Of a DNA stretch of 64,000 nucleotides, positions 49,911 to 62,279 are shown one piece after another (the first letter of the stretch is position 1; each line of letters starts with the position of its first letter). Below the pieces are notes generated by a model. It did no database searches, had not been told where the DNA came from, and saw only the letters and a list, made by a program, of their open reading frames with translations. Made by a program: the position numbers and the translations under genes. Location of the stretch: the NCBI RefSeq assembly GCF_004010195.1, contig NC_057719.1, positions 78,779,623 through 78,843,622 of the forward strand. Reading direction: 5' to 3'. Source of the DNA: Chiloscyllium plagiosum (lineage: Eukaryota).

Positions 49911-50264
49911 TGGGTGGCATGGTGGCTCAGTGGTTAGCACCGCTGCATCACAGCACCGGGAACCCAGGTTTGTTTCCACTCTCAGGTGACTGTCTGTGTG
50001 GAGTTTGCACATTCTCCCCATATCTGCGTGAGTGTCCTCCAGATGCTCCAGTTTCCTCCCATGGTCCAAAGATGTGCAGGTTAGGTAGATTGACCAAGTT
50101 CATTGCTCATAGTATCCAAGGGTAGATGGATTAGCCATAGAAAATGCAGGGTTACAGGGATAGGGTTGTGACTATGTTTGGGTGGGTTGCTCTTTGGAGG
50201 GTTGGTGTGGACTTAATGTGCTGAATGGCCTAATTTTACACTGTAGGGAATCTATGCTTCTATG
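49911..50264 (+). mobile_element. HE1/V-SINE-type SINE
   Basis: GGTGGCTCAGTGGTTAGCAC head; tail ACACTGTAGGGAATCTATG. Confidence 0.87.
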
Positions 50265-50621
50265 TACATAGACTGTAATCACAGTAGTGTAAAGGGCAGT
50301 GAGGGAGCGATAATTCCAAAATTGTATTCAGGGGAATTTTCTCCAGCATTATATTTAGAGTCCAAACAGAAAGGAGGCACTGCTGAACCTGAGAGTGAAG
50401 TGGTGTAAGCAGATCAAGTGTAAGCAGGACAACATTTAAGGGTCAGTGATCTTGTTATCCTAAGGTAAGTGTTGGCTATGGAAAGGAACAAGGAGCAGTC
50501 CAGATTATGAACAATAAAGTGGGATAGAGCCAGTCTCATTGAGGGCAAAAATGGATCTGGCCCAGATTAGTTAGAATCAAAGTTTAGCAGGCATACCTGT
50601 AACAGAAAACTCAGCAGCTTG

Positions 50622-53600
50622 TAGAGTCATAGAGTCAGAGAGATGTACAGCACAGAAACAGACCCTTCAGTCCAACTTGTCCATACTAACCAATATCCTA
50701 ATCTCATCTAGTCCCATTTATCAGCAGTTGGCCCTTATCCCTCTAAACCCTTCCTATTCATATACTCACCCAATGCCTTTTAAATGTTGTAATTTTACCA
50801 GCCTCCACCACTCCCTCTGGCAGCTCATACCATACATGTACCACCCTCTGCGTGAAAAAGTTGCCCCTTAGGCCCCTTTTATATCTTTCCCCTCTCACCC
50901 TCAACCTATGCCCTCTAGTTCTGGGCTCCCCCACCCTAGGGAAAAGACCTTGTCTATTTACCCTTCATGATTTTATAAACCTCTATAAGGTCAGCGCTCA
51001 GTCCCCGATGCTCCAGGGAAAATAGCCGCAGCCTATTCAGCCTCTCCTTCCAGCTCAAATCCTCCAACCCTGGTAACATTCTTGTTTATCTTTTCTGAAC
51101 CCTTTCACGTTTCACAACATTCTTCCGATAGGAAGGAGACCAGAATTGCACACAGTATTTCAAAAGTGGCTGAACCAGTACAGCCACAACATGATCTCCA
51201 AATTCCTATATTCAATGCTCTGACCAGTAAAGGGAAGCATACCAAATGCTGCCTTCACTATCCTATGACTCCGCTTTCAAGGAGCTATGAACTTGCACTC
51301 CAAGGTCTCTTTGTTCAGCAACACTCCCCAGGACCTTATCATTAAGTGTATAAATCCTGCTATGATTTGCCTTTCCAAAAAGCAGAACCTCACATTTATC
51401 TGAATTAAATTCCCTCTGCCACCCCTTAGCCCATTGGCTGATCTGACCAAGATCCTGGTGTACTCTGATGTAAGCTTTGTCGCTGTCCACTACACCTCCA
51501 ATTTTCGTGTCATCTGCTCACTTACTAACTATACCTCTTACGCTCACATCCAAATCCCTTATGTAAATGACAAAAGGTAGTGGACCCAGCACCGATACTT
51601 GTGGCACACTGCTGGTCACAGGCCTCCGGTCTGAAAAACAACCCTCCACCACCACTCTCTGACTTCTACCTTTGAGCCAGTTCTGCATCAAAATGGCTCG
51701 TTCTCCCTAGATTCCGTGAGATCTAACCTTGCTAGCCAGTTTTCCATGAAGAACTTTGTTGAGCTCTTAGTGAAGTCCACATAGGTTACAGGAGTCCACA
51801 TAGATCACATCTACTGCTCTGCCCTTATCAAACCTCTTTGTTACTTCTTCAAAAAGACTCAAACAAATTTGTAAGACATGATTTCCCATGCATGAAGCCA
51901 TGCTGACTATCCATAATCAGTCCTTGCCTTTCCAAATACTTGTTAACCTGTTCTCTCAGAATTCCCTCCAACAACTTGCCCACCACTGACGTCAAGCTCA
52001 CTGGTCTATAGTTCCCTGGCTTGTCCTCACAACCCTTCTTAAACAGTGGCACCACGTTTGCCAACCTCCAGTCTTCTGGCACCTTCCTTGTGACTATCAA
52101 GGATACAAATATCTCAGTGAGGGGCCCAGCAATCACTTTCCTAGCTTCCCACAGAGTTCTAGGGCACACCGAATCTGGTCCTGGGGATTTATCTACTTAT
52201 ATGCATTTCAAGACATCCAGCACTACCTCCTCTATGTTATAGGCATTTTTCAAGATGTTACATTTTATTTCCCCACATTCTATATCTTCTATGTCCTTTT
52301 CCACAGTAAACACTGACGCAAAATATTTGTTTAGTATCTCCCCCATCTCCTGCGGCTACACACATGGCTACCTTCCTGATCTTTGAGGGGCCCTACTCTC
52401 TGCGTAGTTACCCTTCTGTCCTTAATGTATTTATAAAATCTCTCTGGATTCTCCCTAACCCTATTTGCCAAAGCTATCTCAGGTCCCCTTTTTGTCTTCC
52501 TCATTTCCCTCTTAAGTATAGTCCTACTGCCTCTATATTGTTCTAAGGATTGGCTCAATCTCTGCTGTCTATACCTGACATATGCTTCCTTCTTTTTCTT
52601 GACCTAAACTTAAATTTCTCCAGTCATCCAATATTCCCTGGACCTACCAGCCTTTCCTTTCACCCTAACAGGAATATATTTTCTCTGGACTATCGCTATC
52701 TCATTTCTGAAGACGTCCCATTTTCCAGCCGTCCCTTTACCTGCGAACATTTGCCCCCAAATCAGCTTTTGAAAGTTCTTGCCTAATACTGTCAAAATTA
52801 GCCTTCCTCCAACTTAGAACTTCAACTTTTAGATCCAGTCTACTCTTTTCCATTATTATTTAAAAATTAATAGAATTATGGTTGCTGGTCCTGAAGTGCT
52901 CCCCCACTGATACCTTAGTCACCTGCTCTGCCTTATTTCCCAAGAGTAGGTCAAATTTTGCACCTTCTCTAGTCGGTACATCCACGTACTGAATCAGAAA
53001 GTTGTCTTGTATACACTTAACAAATTCCTCTTCATTTAAACCCTTAACACTATGGCAGTCCCAGTCTATGTTTGGAATGCGAACATTTGCCCCCAAATCA
53101 GCTTTTGAAAGTTCTTGCCTAATACTGTCAAAATTAGCCTTCCTCCAACTTAGAACTTCAACTTTAAACCCTTAACACTATGGCAGTCCCAGTCTATGTT
53201 TGGAAAGTTAAAACCCTCTACCATAACCACCCTATTATTCTTACAGATAACTGAAATCTCCATACAAATTTGTTTCTTAATTTCCTGCTGACCATTAGGG
53301 GGTTTATAATACAACCCTAATAAGGTGATCACCTCTTTCTTATTTCTCAGTTCAACCCAAATAACTTCCCTGGATGTATTCCCATGATTATCCTCCCTAA
53401 GTACAGGAGTAATGCTATCCCTTATCAAAAATGCCTCTCCCCCTCCTCTCTTGTCCCCCTTTCTCTCCTTCCTATAACATTTGTATCCTGGAACATTAAG
53501 CTGCCAGTCCTGTCCATCCCTGTGTCATGTTTCTATAATTACTATGATATCCCAGTCCCATGTTCCTAACCATGCCTCGAGTCCATCTGCCTTCCCTGTT

Positions 53601-54600
53601 AGGCCCCTTGCATTGTAGTAAATGCAGTTTAATTTATCAGTTCTACCTTGTTTTCTGCTTTATTCTTCCTTGCCCTGACTGTTGGACTGGCTCCTTTTCC
53701 CAACTCTACAGTCTCAGATTGATCTCTTTTCTCACTATCTCCGAGTCCCACCTTACTAGTTTAAATCCTCCCAAGCAGCTCTAGCAAATCTCCCTGCCGG
53801 TATACTAGTACCCTTACAATTTAGGTGCAATCTGTCCTTCTTGTACAGGTCACTTCTACCTCAGAAGAGATTCTAATGATACAAAAATGTGAACCCTTCT
53901 CCCCTCGACACGCATTCTCCTATTCATACCCTCAGTAGCTCATAGCACCAGGAGTAATCCAGATATGACTACCCTTGAGGACCTCCTTTTTAAATTCCTG
54001 CCTAACTTTTTATATTCTCCCTTCAGAATCTCAACCATTTCCTTTCCCATGTCGTTAGTTCCAATGTGTAAAATGACCTCTTGCTGGTCCCTCTCCCTTT
54101 GAAAACATTCCGTACCCTCTCTGAGATAGTCTTTATCTTGATGCCAGGGAGGCTACACATCATTCTGATTTTTCACTGCTGGCCGCAGAAACGTCTGTCT
54201 GTGCCTCTGACTAGAGAGTCCCCTATCACAATCGATCGCTTGTACCTGACATAACCCTCATTACATTAGAACCAGTCTCGATGCCAGAAACTTGGCTGTT
54301 TGTGCTACATTCCCCTGAGAGTCCATCACCCCCCTATATTTTCAAAACAACATACTTGTTTGAGCTGGGGATAGTCACAGGAGACTCCTGCTCTAACTGC
54401 CTACCCCTCCTACCTTTCCTGGAGTTAACCCGACTGTATCTGCGGCTTTTCTCCCTTTGTATAACTGCCATCTATCATACCCTCTAGCTCTTATAAGTTC
54501 ATCACTGCCTCAAACTCTCACGCCAGCCAATCCATGCAATGTGATAGGACTTGCAACCAAAGACACTTCCTCCAGACATGATCATTAGTAACATGGAAAC
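50622..54600 (-). mobile_element. Near-full-length degenerate CR1/HER1-like LINE (ORF1 esterase, ORF2 APE and RT, 3' tail)
   Basis: Minus-strand fragments WVELRNKK..LLGLYYKPPN, FNFPNIDW, VPEDWRLANVVPLFKKG..NYRPVSLTS, SQHGFMHGKSCLTNL; tail reverse complement TAGAGTCATAGAGTC at 50622. Confidence 0.93.
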
Positions 54601-55325
54601 TGGGGCATAGGAGGAGAGAGACTTTGGAATATATGTATAGAAACCATTTATGGATGCTGGACAGGTTGAAAGAGTTGTTAATAAGGCATATGGCATCCTG
54701 GGCTTTGTCTGTAGGAGTATAGAGTACTAGAGCAAGGAAGTTCAATTCAACCAATGTAAAACACAAGTTGGGTTTAATTGGAGGATTGTATCTCATTCTA
54801 GGCATCATGCTTTAGGAAGAACACGGAGGCTTTGGGGAGGATGCAAAAAACGATCAGAAGAATGGTCCTTGGGATGAGAAATGACAGTTATGAAGATAAA
54901 TTGAAGAAGTTAGATGTTCTCATTGGAGAATAGGAGGGTGAGAGAAGGTTCAGTTGAGGTGTTCTAAATCATGAAAGGTCTGACATAATAGGTAGAGAGA
55001 AAGTGTTCCATTAGTTGAAGGAATTAGACTCAGAGGGCACTAATTCAAGCTAAATTGGCAAAAGAATCGATGGCGAAATGAGGAGAAGTTTTGTTTTTCA
55101 TGCACTGAGTGCTCGGTGTCTTGAGTGTGCTGTCTGAGAATGTGCCACAATCAGATTCAAACAAGATTTTCAGAAAGGAATTGAATTATTATCTAAACAG
55201 AAAAAATGTGCAGTGCTTTGGGAGAAAAGACATCGGGGTAGCTGCAGGTGAATTGCCCCACCAGAGGGCTAGTACATGCACAATGGGCCATATGGCCTCC
55301 TTCTGTGATATAACCATTCTATAAT
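54600..55325 (+). mobile_element. Old CR1-like 3' fragment
   Basis: Degenerate CR1 ORF2 end (GTTAATAAGGCATATGGCATCCTGGGCTTT...ATGGGCCATATGGCCTCCTTCTG). Confidence 0.7.
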
Positions 55326-56118
55326 TCGTGGGTTTCAAAGGCCTCTAGAAACCCAGCAGGTAAAGATTGAGAAGGGACAATTCCATGTGGCAAGGGGTGG
55401 GTTTTTTATCTCCATGTCCAACCAGCTTACCTGGGAATAACACATCTCTGATCTCCCACATTTCCACATGAAACCATACACTAACCACCTCCTCCCTTCC
55501 AGCCCCAATACAAATAGTCCCGATGGCTGCAATCTCTCCCTAATCCAAACCTTTATTCCAATAAGTCACTCAGGTTGCCATCAGATAGGAATAACAGAGT
55601 AAAACTTAAACAGATATCCAGACATTTGCAAAACTATTAATTCCTGTGTTTTAGCTTTTGTCCTTGTTCCATGACATCGTGCTTAGCAGATAGCTACACT
55701 GCCAAGTTGTTGTTGCAAGAAAATTTTTAAAATTCAGACTGAGGACCAGTCTGAAATTTGAAATTTCATAAGCTATAAATCATGCACTGATGAATAGGAC
55801 TTTGGTGTTAAGTAGTTAATTACAATACTGAGGCAGAAATGTACCTACAGTAATGTGCTGTGGAAGCACCTTTTACATTTTTAATGTTTCCAGTTTCCAA
55901 TGAATTAATGTAAAGTGAGTTTCCAATCTAGATTGAGTTAGGTAAGCCTCTGTTTCATTTTTCCAAGTTTCCAGTTGATATTTCCACCCACCTCCCCCCC
56001 CCACCCCACCCAACCCCCGCCCCTCGCACCTCTCTCCTGGGAGGGCGTTAGGGAGGGCCTATGTTCCTAGTTATTCATTTGACCTCCTTTTGTATTATTT
56101 GACCCTACATTAAATGCT

Positions 56119-56260
56119 AAGAGAAAGTGAGGACTGCAGGTGCTGGAGATCAGAGTCGAAATGTGTGGTGCTGGAAAAGCACAGTCGGTCAGGCAGCATC
56201 CGAGGAGCAGGAGCGTCGACATTTTGACTGGCTATGCTTTTCCAGCACCACACATTTCGA
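56119..56260. mobile_element. Fold-back PLE-derived mini-element, family A (hammerhead mostly deleted)
   Basis: GAGAAAGTGAGGACTGCAG tail plus inverted arms TCGAAATGTGTGGTGCTGGAAAAGCA / TGCTTTTCCAGCACCACACATTTCGA; degenerate TSD GACCCT...TTAAATG. Confidence 0.8.
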
Positions 56261-57159
56261 CCCTGTGTTAAATGTGTACACTGAGAATTCTTCCTACAAT
56301 TCACAAACCCTATGGAGATAATTATAAATCTGCTTTGAGGATTGTTCGAATCCATACTTGATGATAATAGAGCAAGTTGCAGGTGAAGAGGCTTGGTAAT
56401 GTGAAAGAACAGCAGCTGTAAATGCTACCTGCAGATATAATCCACCAAAACAGCAAGAGAGCAAAATATAGACTCTTGTGACTTGTTCCAGAGAAACTAG
56501 CCAAGTACTTTGTCTGCTTCGAGTATTACTAGACATGGGAAGCTGCAATTCTCAATACTTAATCGCTGCAGCTGGATTGTTTTTGATATGGCAGCAAAGA
56601 AGTTGGCAGAAAATATTTCCCAGCCTCTGAGTCATTGGAGTCATCTGGTTACAAACCAACCATACCAATCAGAGGCAGCACATAACAACATGGCCACGGA
56701 TTGGAACAATGCCCAGTGCAATATCTCACTTAGTTATTAGTGGCAGACTTAATAAAGTATAATGTCCAAATGGGCATTTGTTTGACCCCGTAGCATCTTT
56801 AGGTATGTCACACTTGCAGTCTCCTTGTGTCCTCCTTCCCATCTGGCTTTGGATTGTCAGTAAATTTACACACATTACTCCCTGCCTCTTAACTAGGCCA
56901 GTGAGAAAGATTGTAAATAGCTGAGCCCTCAGCCTTGATTCCTGTGGCAGTCCACTAGTCAACCCGAAAATGCTTCAGTTACCTTACACTTCCTGTCCCT
57001 TAACCAATCCTTGATTCACACTAATATATCACTGCTAACTCCACAAGTCTTTATCACGTGTGTTAACTTGTAGGTGGCAACTTATTAAGTGCGTTTTGAA
57101 AATCCATTGCATCCACTGTTCCTTTGCTTTATATCCAATGAGTTGCATTTTCATAAAAT

Positions 57160-57510
57160 GAATGGTACAGTGGCTCAGTGGTTAGCACTGCTGCCTCACA
57201 GCACCAGGGACCCGTTCAATTGCAGCCTTGGGCGACTGTCTGTGGGGAGTTTACACATTCTCCCCGTGTCTGCGAGGAATTCGTTCGGGTGCTCTGGCTT
57301 TCTCCCGCAGTCCAAAGATATGCAGCTTAGCTGGATTGGCCATGTTGAATTGCCTACGGACGTGCAATCTAGGTGGGTTAGCCATGGGAAATGCAGGGAT
57401 AGGGTCGGGTATGGTGGGTGGGTCTGCAGTGGATGCTCTTTGGAAGGTTGGTGTAAACTCTATGGGCCGAATGGCCTGCTTCCTGACTGTAGGGTGTCTA
57501 TGGTTCTGTG
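57160..57510 (+). mobile_element. HE1/V-SINE-type SINE
   Basis: GTGGCTCAGTGGTTAGCACTGCTGCCTCACAGCACCAGGGACCC head and CR1-like tail. Confidence 0.87.
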
Positions 57511-57559
57511 AAAACGCTGATAAATTGGTCAAACAAAATTTTCCTTTTATAAAGGCAGC

Positions 57560-57800
57560 GGTGAGGTTGTGGTATTATGGTAATGTCATTGAACTAGAAA
57601 TTGAGAGCCCTGAGCTAATCCTCTAAGGAATTTGATTTTGAAATTCATTGCAGCAGATTGTGAAATTGGAATTCAGTAAAAATCCACAATTTTAAAAGTT
57701 AATAGTGATCATGAAACCAGTATTGATGGCCTGGCCTCCAGGCTAACAGCACTGTGGCTGACTCTTAGCTGCCCTGTGAAGTGGCTTAACAAGCGTCCCA
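57560..57800 (+). mobile_element. Second SINE family, diverged
   Basis: GGTAATGTCATTGAACTAG...GAAATTGGAATTCAGTAAAAATC resembles the reverse complement of 32865-33225. Confidence 0.5.
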
Positions 57801-57924
57801 TCCAGACCCAGACTCAGTTGTATTAAGTGAAGAACATGAGATAAATGTTGATCTTCAGTTATTGCAATGTTAATGTTGAGATAGATGGTATTGTTCTAAG
57901 AATTCAGATATTTGTACCATCATA

Positions 57925-58686
57925 TATCCAATGCAGCTAAATGTGAGGTGATGCACTTTAGGAGGAATAACAGGAAGGCAGAATACTTGGTCAATGGAAA
58001 GATTCTTGGTAGTGTGGATGTGCAGAGTGATCTTGGAGTCCATGTAAATAGATCCCTGAAAGTTGCCACTCAGGTGGATAGTGCTGTTAAGAAGGCATAC
58101 CATTGAGTTCCAGAGCCGCAATATCATGCTGCAACTATACAAAACGCTGGTGCAGCCGCACTTGGAGTATTGTGTACAGTTCTAGTCCCCATATTTCGTA
58201 AAGGATGTGAAAGCATTGGAAAAGGTGCAGAGGAGATTTACCAGGATGTCGCCTGGTCTGGAGGGAAGGTCTTATAAGGAAAGGCTGAGAGACTTGAACC
58301 TGTTCTCATTGGCAAGAAGAAGGCTAAGAGGGGATTTGATAGAGACATACAAGATGATCAGAGGATTAGACAGGGTAGACAGTGAAAGTCTTTTTCCTAG
58401 GATGATGACGTCAGCGTGTACGAGGGGGCATAGCTACAAATTGAGGGGTGATAGATTTAAGACAGATGTCAGAGGCAGGTTCTTTACGCAGAGAGTGGTA
58501 AGGATGTGGAATGCCCTACCTGCTAATGTAGTCAACTCAGCCACATTAGGGAGATTTAAACAATCCTTAGGTAAGCACATGGGTAATTTTGGGATAGTGT
58601 AGGGGGACGAGCTGAGAATAGTTCACAGGTCGGCGCAACATCGAGGGCCGAAGGGCCTGTTCTGCGCTGTATTGTTCTATGTTCTA
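57925..58686 (+). mobile_element. CR1-like LINE 3' fragment, different subfamily, (TGTTCTA)n tail
   Basis: [53 protein letters not shown]. Confidence 0.92.
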
Positions 58687-59214
58687 CGTTCCACTCCGAA
58701 TTTAAAGTAATACTCAAAGAGTTTCCATTCACGTGGCACTGGTCCGTTCTGTGTTCCAGCTGAGATGCACTTATTGAACCGTTTTGGCTGTTGTATTCCG
58801 TACTGACTGAAACTTAGATGATTTACTCTCTGGGTTAATGTAAATTGAGGTACCAATGAATCTTGTTTGTGATAAATTGCTTGGCCAAGTACACAAGACA
58901 AAATGTGTCCTGTTAATGAGTACAGTTGGGGAAAGACATTGAAATGGGACTGGTTCAGTTGCTCTTGCAATGAGCAAGCATTAATAAGCCAAAAGGATTT
59001 TTTTTTTGTCCGTATTGTACCATTCTAACAGAACGCTGCATCACTGGTTTATAAATTATAGGCTGATTGGAAAACCTAAATAAATGATACCTACAACATT
59101 ATCATTGTTTGTTAACCCTCCTGAAATAATTCAATAAGTTGGATCAAGCATAATACTACCTCTCAAATGTTGACTATTTTTTGTGACGCCTGGAGAAAGA
59201 GGGCCTCATCTTCC

Positions 59215-61125
59215 GCCTAAAAAGAGACCTAAGGGGAAAAGTTTTCGTGCAGAGGGTGGTGCATGCATGGAATGAGCTGCCAGAGGAAGTGGCGGAAGAT
59301 GGTACAATTACAACATTTAAAAGGCATCTGGATGGCAATATGAATAGGGAGGGTTTAGAGGGATATGGGCCAAATGCTGGCAAATGGGACTAGATTAATT
59401 TAGGATATCTGGTCAGCATGGACAATTTAGACCAAAGGCTGCACATCTCTATGACCTGATGATGACCCTTACATCAGTGGGAGGGAAATCATTAGAGAAT
59501 ATTTTTAGGAGCAGGTTTTATTTGCATGCAGAAGAAGATTTGACTTATTAAGAATTGTCACCATGGTTTTATGCAGGGGAGGTCTTGTCTCACAAATTTT
59601 GATTTGGGTTTTTTGAGTAAGTGACAAAGATGATTGATGGGGGTAAAGTTGTGGATGTTGTCTACATGGACTTCACGAAAATAATTGACAAGGTAGCTCA
59701 TGGTAGACTGGTCCAGGAAGTCAAATCACATAGATACCATGGTGAGTTTGGGACAGCATGGTGGCTCAGTGGTTAGCACTGTGGCTCACAGCACCAGGGA
59801 CCCGTGTTCGATTCGGCCTTGGATGACTGTCTGTGTGGAGTTTGCACATTCTCCCCGTGTTCACATGTGTTTCCTCCGGGTGCTCCGGTTTCCTCCCACA
59901 ATCCAAAGATGTACAGGTTGGGTGAATTGGCTGTGCTAAATTGTCCACAGTGTTCAGGGATGTGTAGGTTGGGTGCATTAGTCAGGGGTTAAATGTAAGG
60001 GAATGGGCCTGGAGGGTCGGTGTGGACTTGTTGGGCCGAAGGGCCTGTTGCCACACTGTAAGGATTCTATGAGTTGGCAAGCCAGATATAAAATTAGGTT
60101 GGTCATAGAAGACAGAGGGTAGTTATGGAGGAGTGTTTGACTGGAGTTCTGTGACCAGTGTTGTTTTGCAAGGATCAATGCTGGATCTCCGTCATTTGTA
60201 ATGTAAATCAATGATCTGAATGAAAATGTCAATGGTCTGATGAGTAAATTTGCAGACGTCATGAAAATTGGTGGAGTGGCGGATACTGAGGAGGGTTATC
60301 TAAGGATGCTGCAGGATATGGATCAGCTGGAAAGTTGAGCAAAGAAATGGCAAGTGAAGTTTAATCTGGGCAAGTATGTGATGATGCATTTTGGGAGGCC
60401 AAATGCAGGTGGAAAGTATACAGTAAATGGCAGGACCTGGAGGAGCATTGATATACAGAGGGATCTTGAGGTGCAAGTCCATGGCTCCCCAAAAGTGGCA
60501 ACTCAATTGGATAAGGTGGTAAAGAAGGTGTGCTGTATACTTGCCGTAATTGGTCAGGGCACTAAATATAAAAATTGGCAAATTTTGCTCAACTGTATAA
60601 GGTTTTGGTGTCAGGCCACCTTTAGAATACTGTGTGCAGTTCTGGTCACCACATTAAAGGAAGGTAGAGGCTTCAGAGAGGGTTCAGAAGAGGTCACTGT
60701 GACGTTGCTTGGATTGGAGTGCACTAGCTACAAGGAGAGGTTGGACTGACTTTGATTATTTTTGCTAGAGCATTGGATGCTGAGGGGTGACTTGATAGAA
60801 GTATGTAAAATTCTGAGAGTCGTGGAGAAAGTGGATAATCGGAGTCCCAGGGTTGAAATGTCAATTACTAGGCAGCAACGATTACAGTGAGGGGGAACAT
60901 TTAATGTGTGAGGCAAGATGTTTTTGCACATAGGTTTGTATCTTCCTGGGCAGGTATTAGAAATAAATATGGTAGCAATGTTTAAGAGCCATTTAGACAT
61001 GAACAAGGAATAGAAAGGATACAGATCATGTGCAGACAGATGGAATTAGTTTAGAACAGGATCATGGTCAGTATAGACATCAACAAGCCAAGAGGTCTGT
61101 TCATGTGTTGTACTATTTCATGTTG
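59215..61125 (+). mobile_element. CR1-like fragments (short 3' end 59215-59455, then RT to 3' end 59460-61125) hosting a SINE
   Basis: Degenerate RT motifs (GTCTACATGGACTTC; AGTAAATTTGCAGAC) and KFNLGK..MHFG. Confidence 0.82.
59749..60070 (+). mobile_element. HE1/V-SINE-type SINE
   Basis: Canonical head and central domain; short TSD TGAGTT. Confidence 0.87.
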
Positions 61126-61713
61126 TGTTTTTATAAGGTATCTGAGTTATTTATAAATGAAATTGTTCATTGGCCAAAAAGATACAAGATAGTTGCACTG
61201 AATTAAAACAGTAAAACTGCTTAAAGTCTATAGCTCTAAATTCTGTTCTTAAGCGTGACACGGGGAGAGCGTCAATCCAGCAGAGACTCTTTTAAGATAG
61301 TTGTGTGAAGACTTATGGCTGTGTTCCTTCTCAATTCCTGGCACTTGATCCGTGTACCTTTCAATGGAGCGGGTGAATTGTAATCAGCGTTTCCTGATGG
61401 CATTAGGGCCTTTGTGGTATTTTGATTACCTACCAAATGTGATGCTCCTACCCAGCCCTCTTACTTTTTACCTGGTTCAAAGCCTTGACCACCTAATGTG
61501 GACCTGAACTAGGCTGTGGCCTCTGTCCTCTTGCTTTAGGTGGCCAGCTCTCGGCAGGATGTCAGTGAGCCCCAGGACTAAAAGACCCCTGGACCTCACA
61601 GTAATAACATTGAATATGTATAGGTTTATGTTGCCAAGTAATGCTTGGAAAGTGGCTATGTGATCGACGGTGAGATGGAAACAGCTTCAATAACATTAAT
61701 CTTACCTTTTCAG

Positions 61714-61803
61714 GAGCACATCTACAAATTGATGAAAAGTGACAGCTACGCTCGCTTTCTGCGTTCCAATGCATATCAGGAGCTTCTACAAGCTAGAAAA
61801 AAG
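61714..61803 (+). CDS. RGS6: RGS6 exon ([30 protein letters not shown]), RGS domain end
   Basis: tttcag|GAGCAC...AAAAAG|gtattc; 90 nt, phase 0 to 0. Confidence 0.97.
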
Positions 61804-62279
61804 GTATTCTCCCAGAACCTTGCAGCCTCCAATGTTTGGGATAATTACTGGACTTGAAAGCAAGTGTGTTAATTTCACTGGAAAAATAAGCTGGATTAGT
61901 GTGTGATGAAGGGCCAAAGATGTCTGATTTGATCCCTCTCTCGGCTGGGGTGACCATTAGGACGTCACAATAAATTATGGAGCCCCTGTGTCTAGGAAAT
62001 CAAGACAACGACACATTCTAGCTGAAAAGTATTGTTGCTGCACTTCATGATCAAATTGCCTAGCTGCACTCATTGCCCAAGTACAAATAAGAGGGACTAG
62101 GGGCTGGCTGAGACCTCAAAGCTTTGTAGAACTGCATTTTGGCAGAAGTTAGGAGATAGGGGAACAAGAAAAAGATAATTTGAGGAAGGTAGTGACTGGT
62201 GGATTGGACCCTCCAAGCCACTATTGTCCAATTGTATTACTGTGAAAGGAGCTAACCAACTTTCAGGAATCACTCCTGA

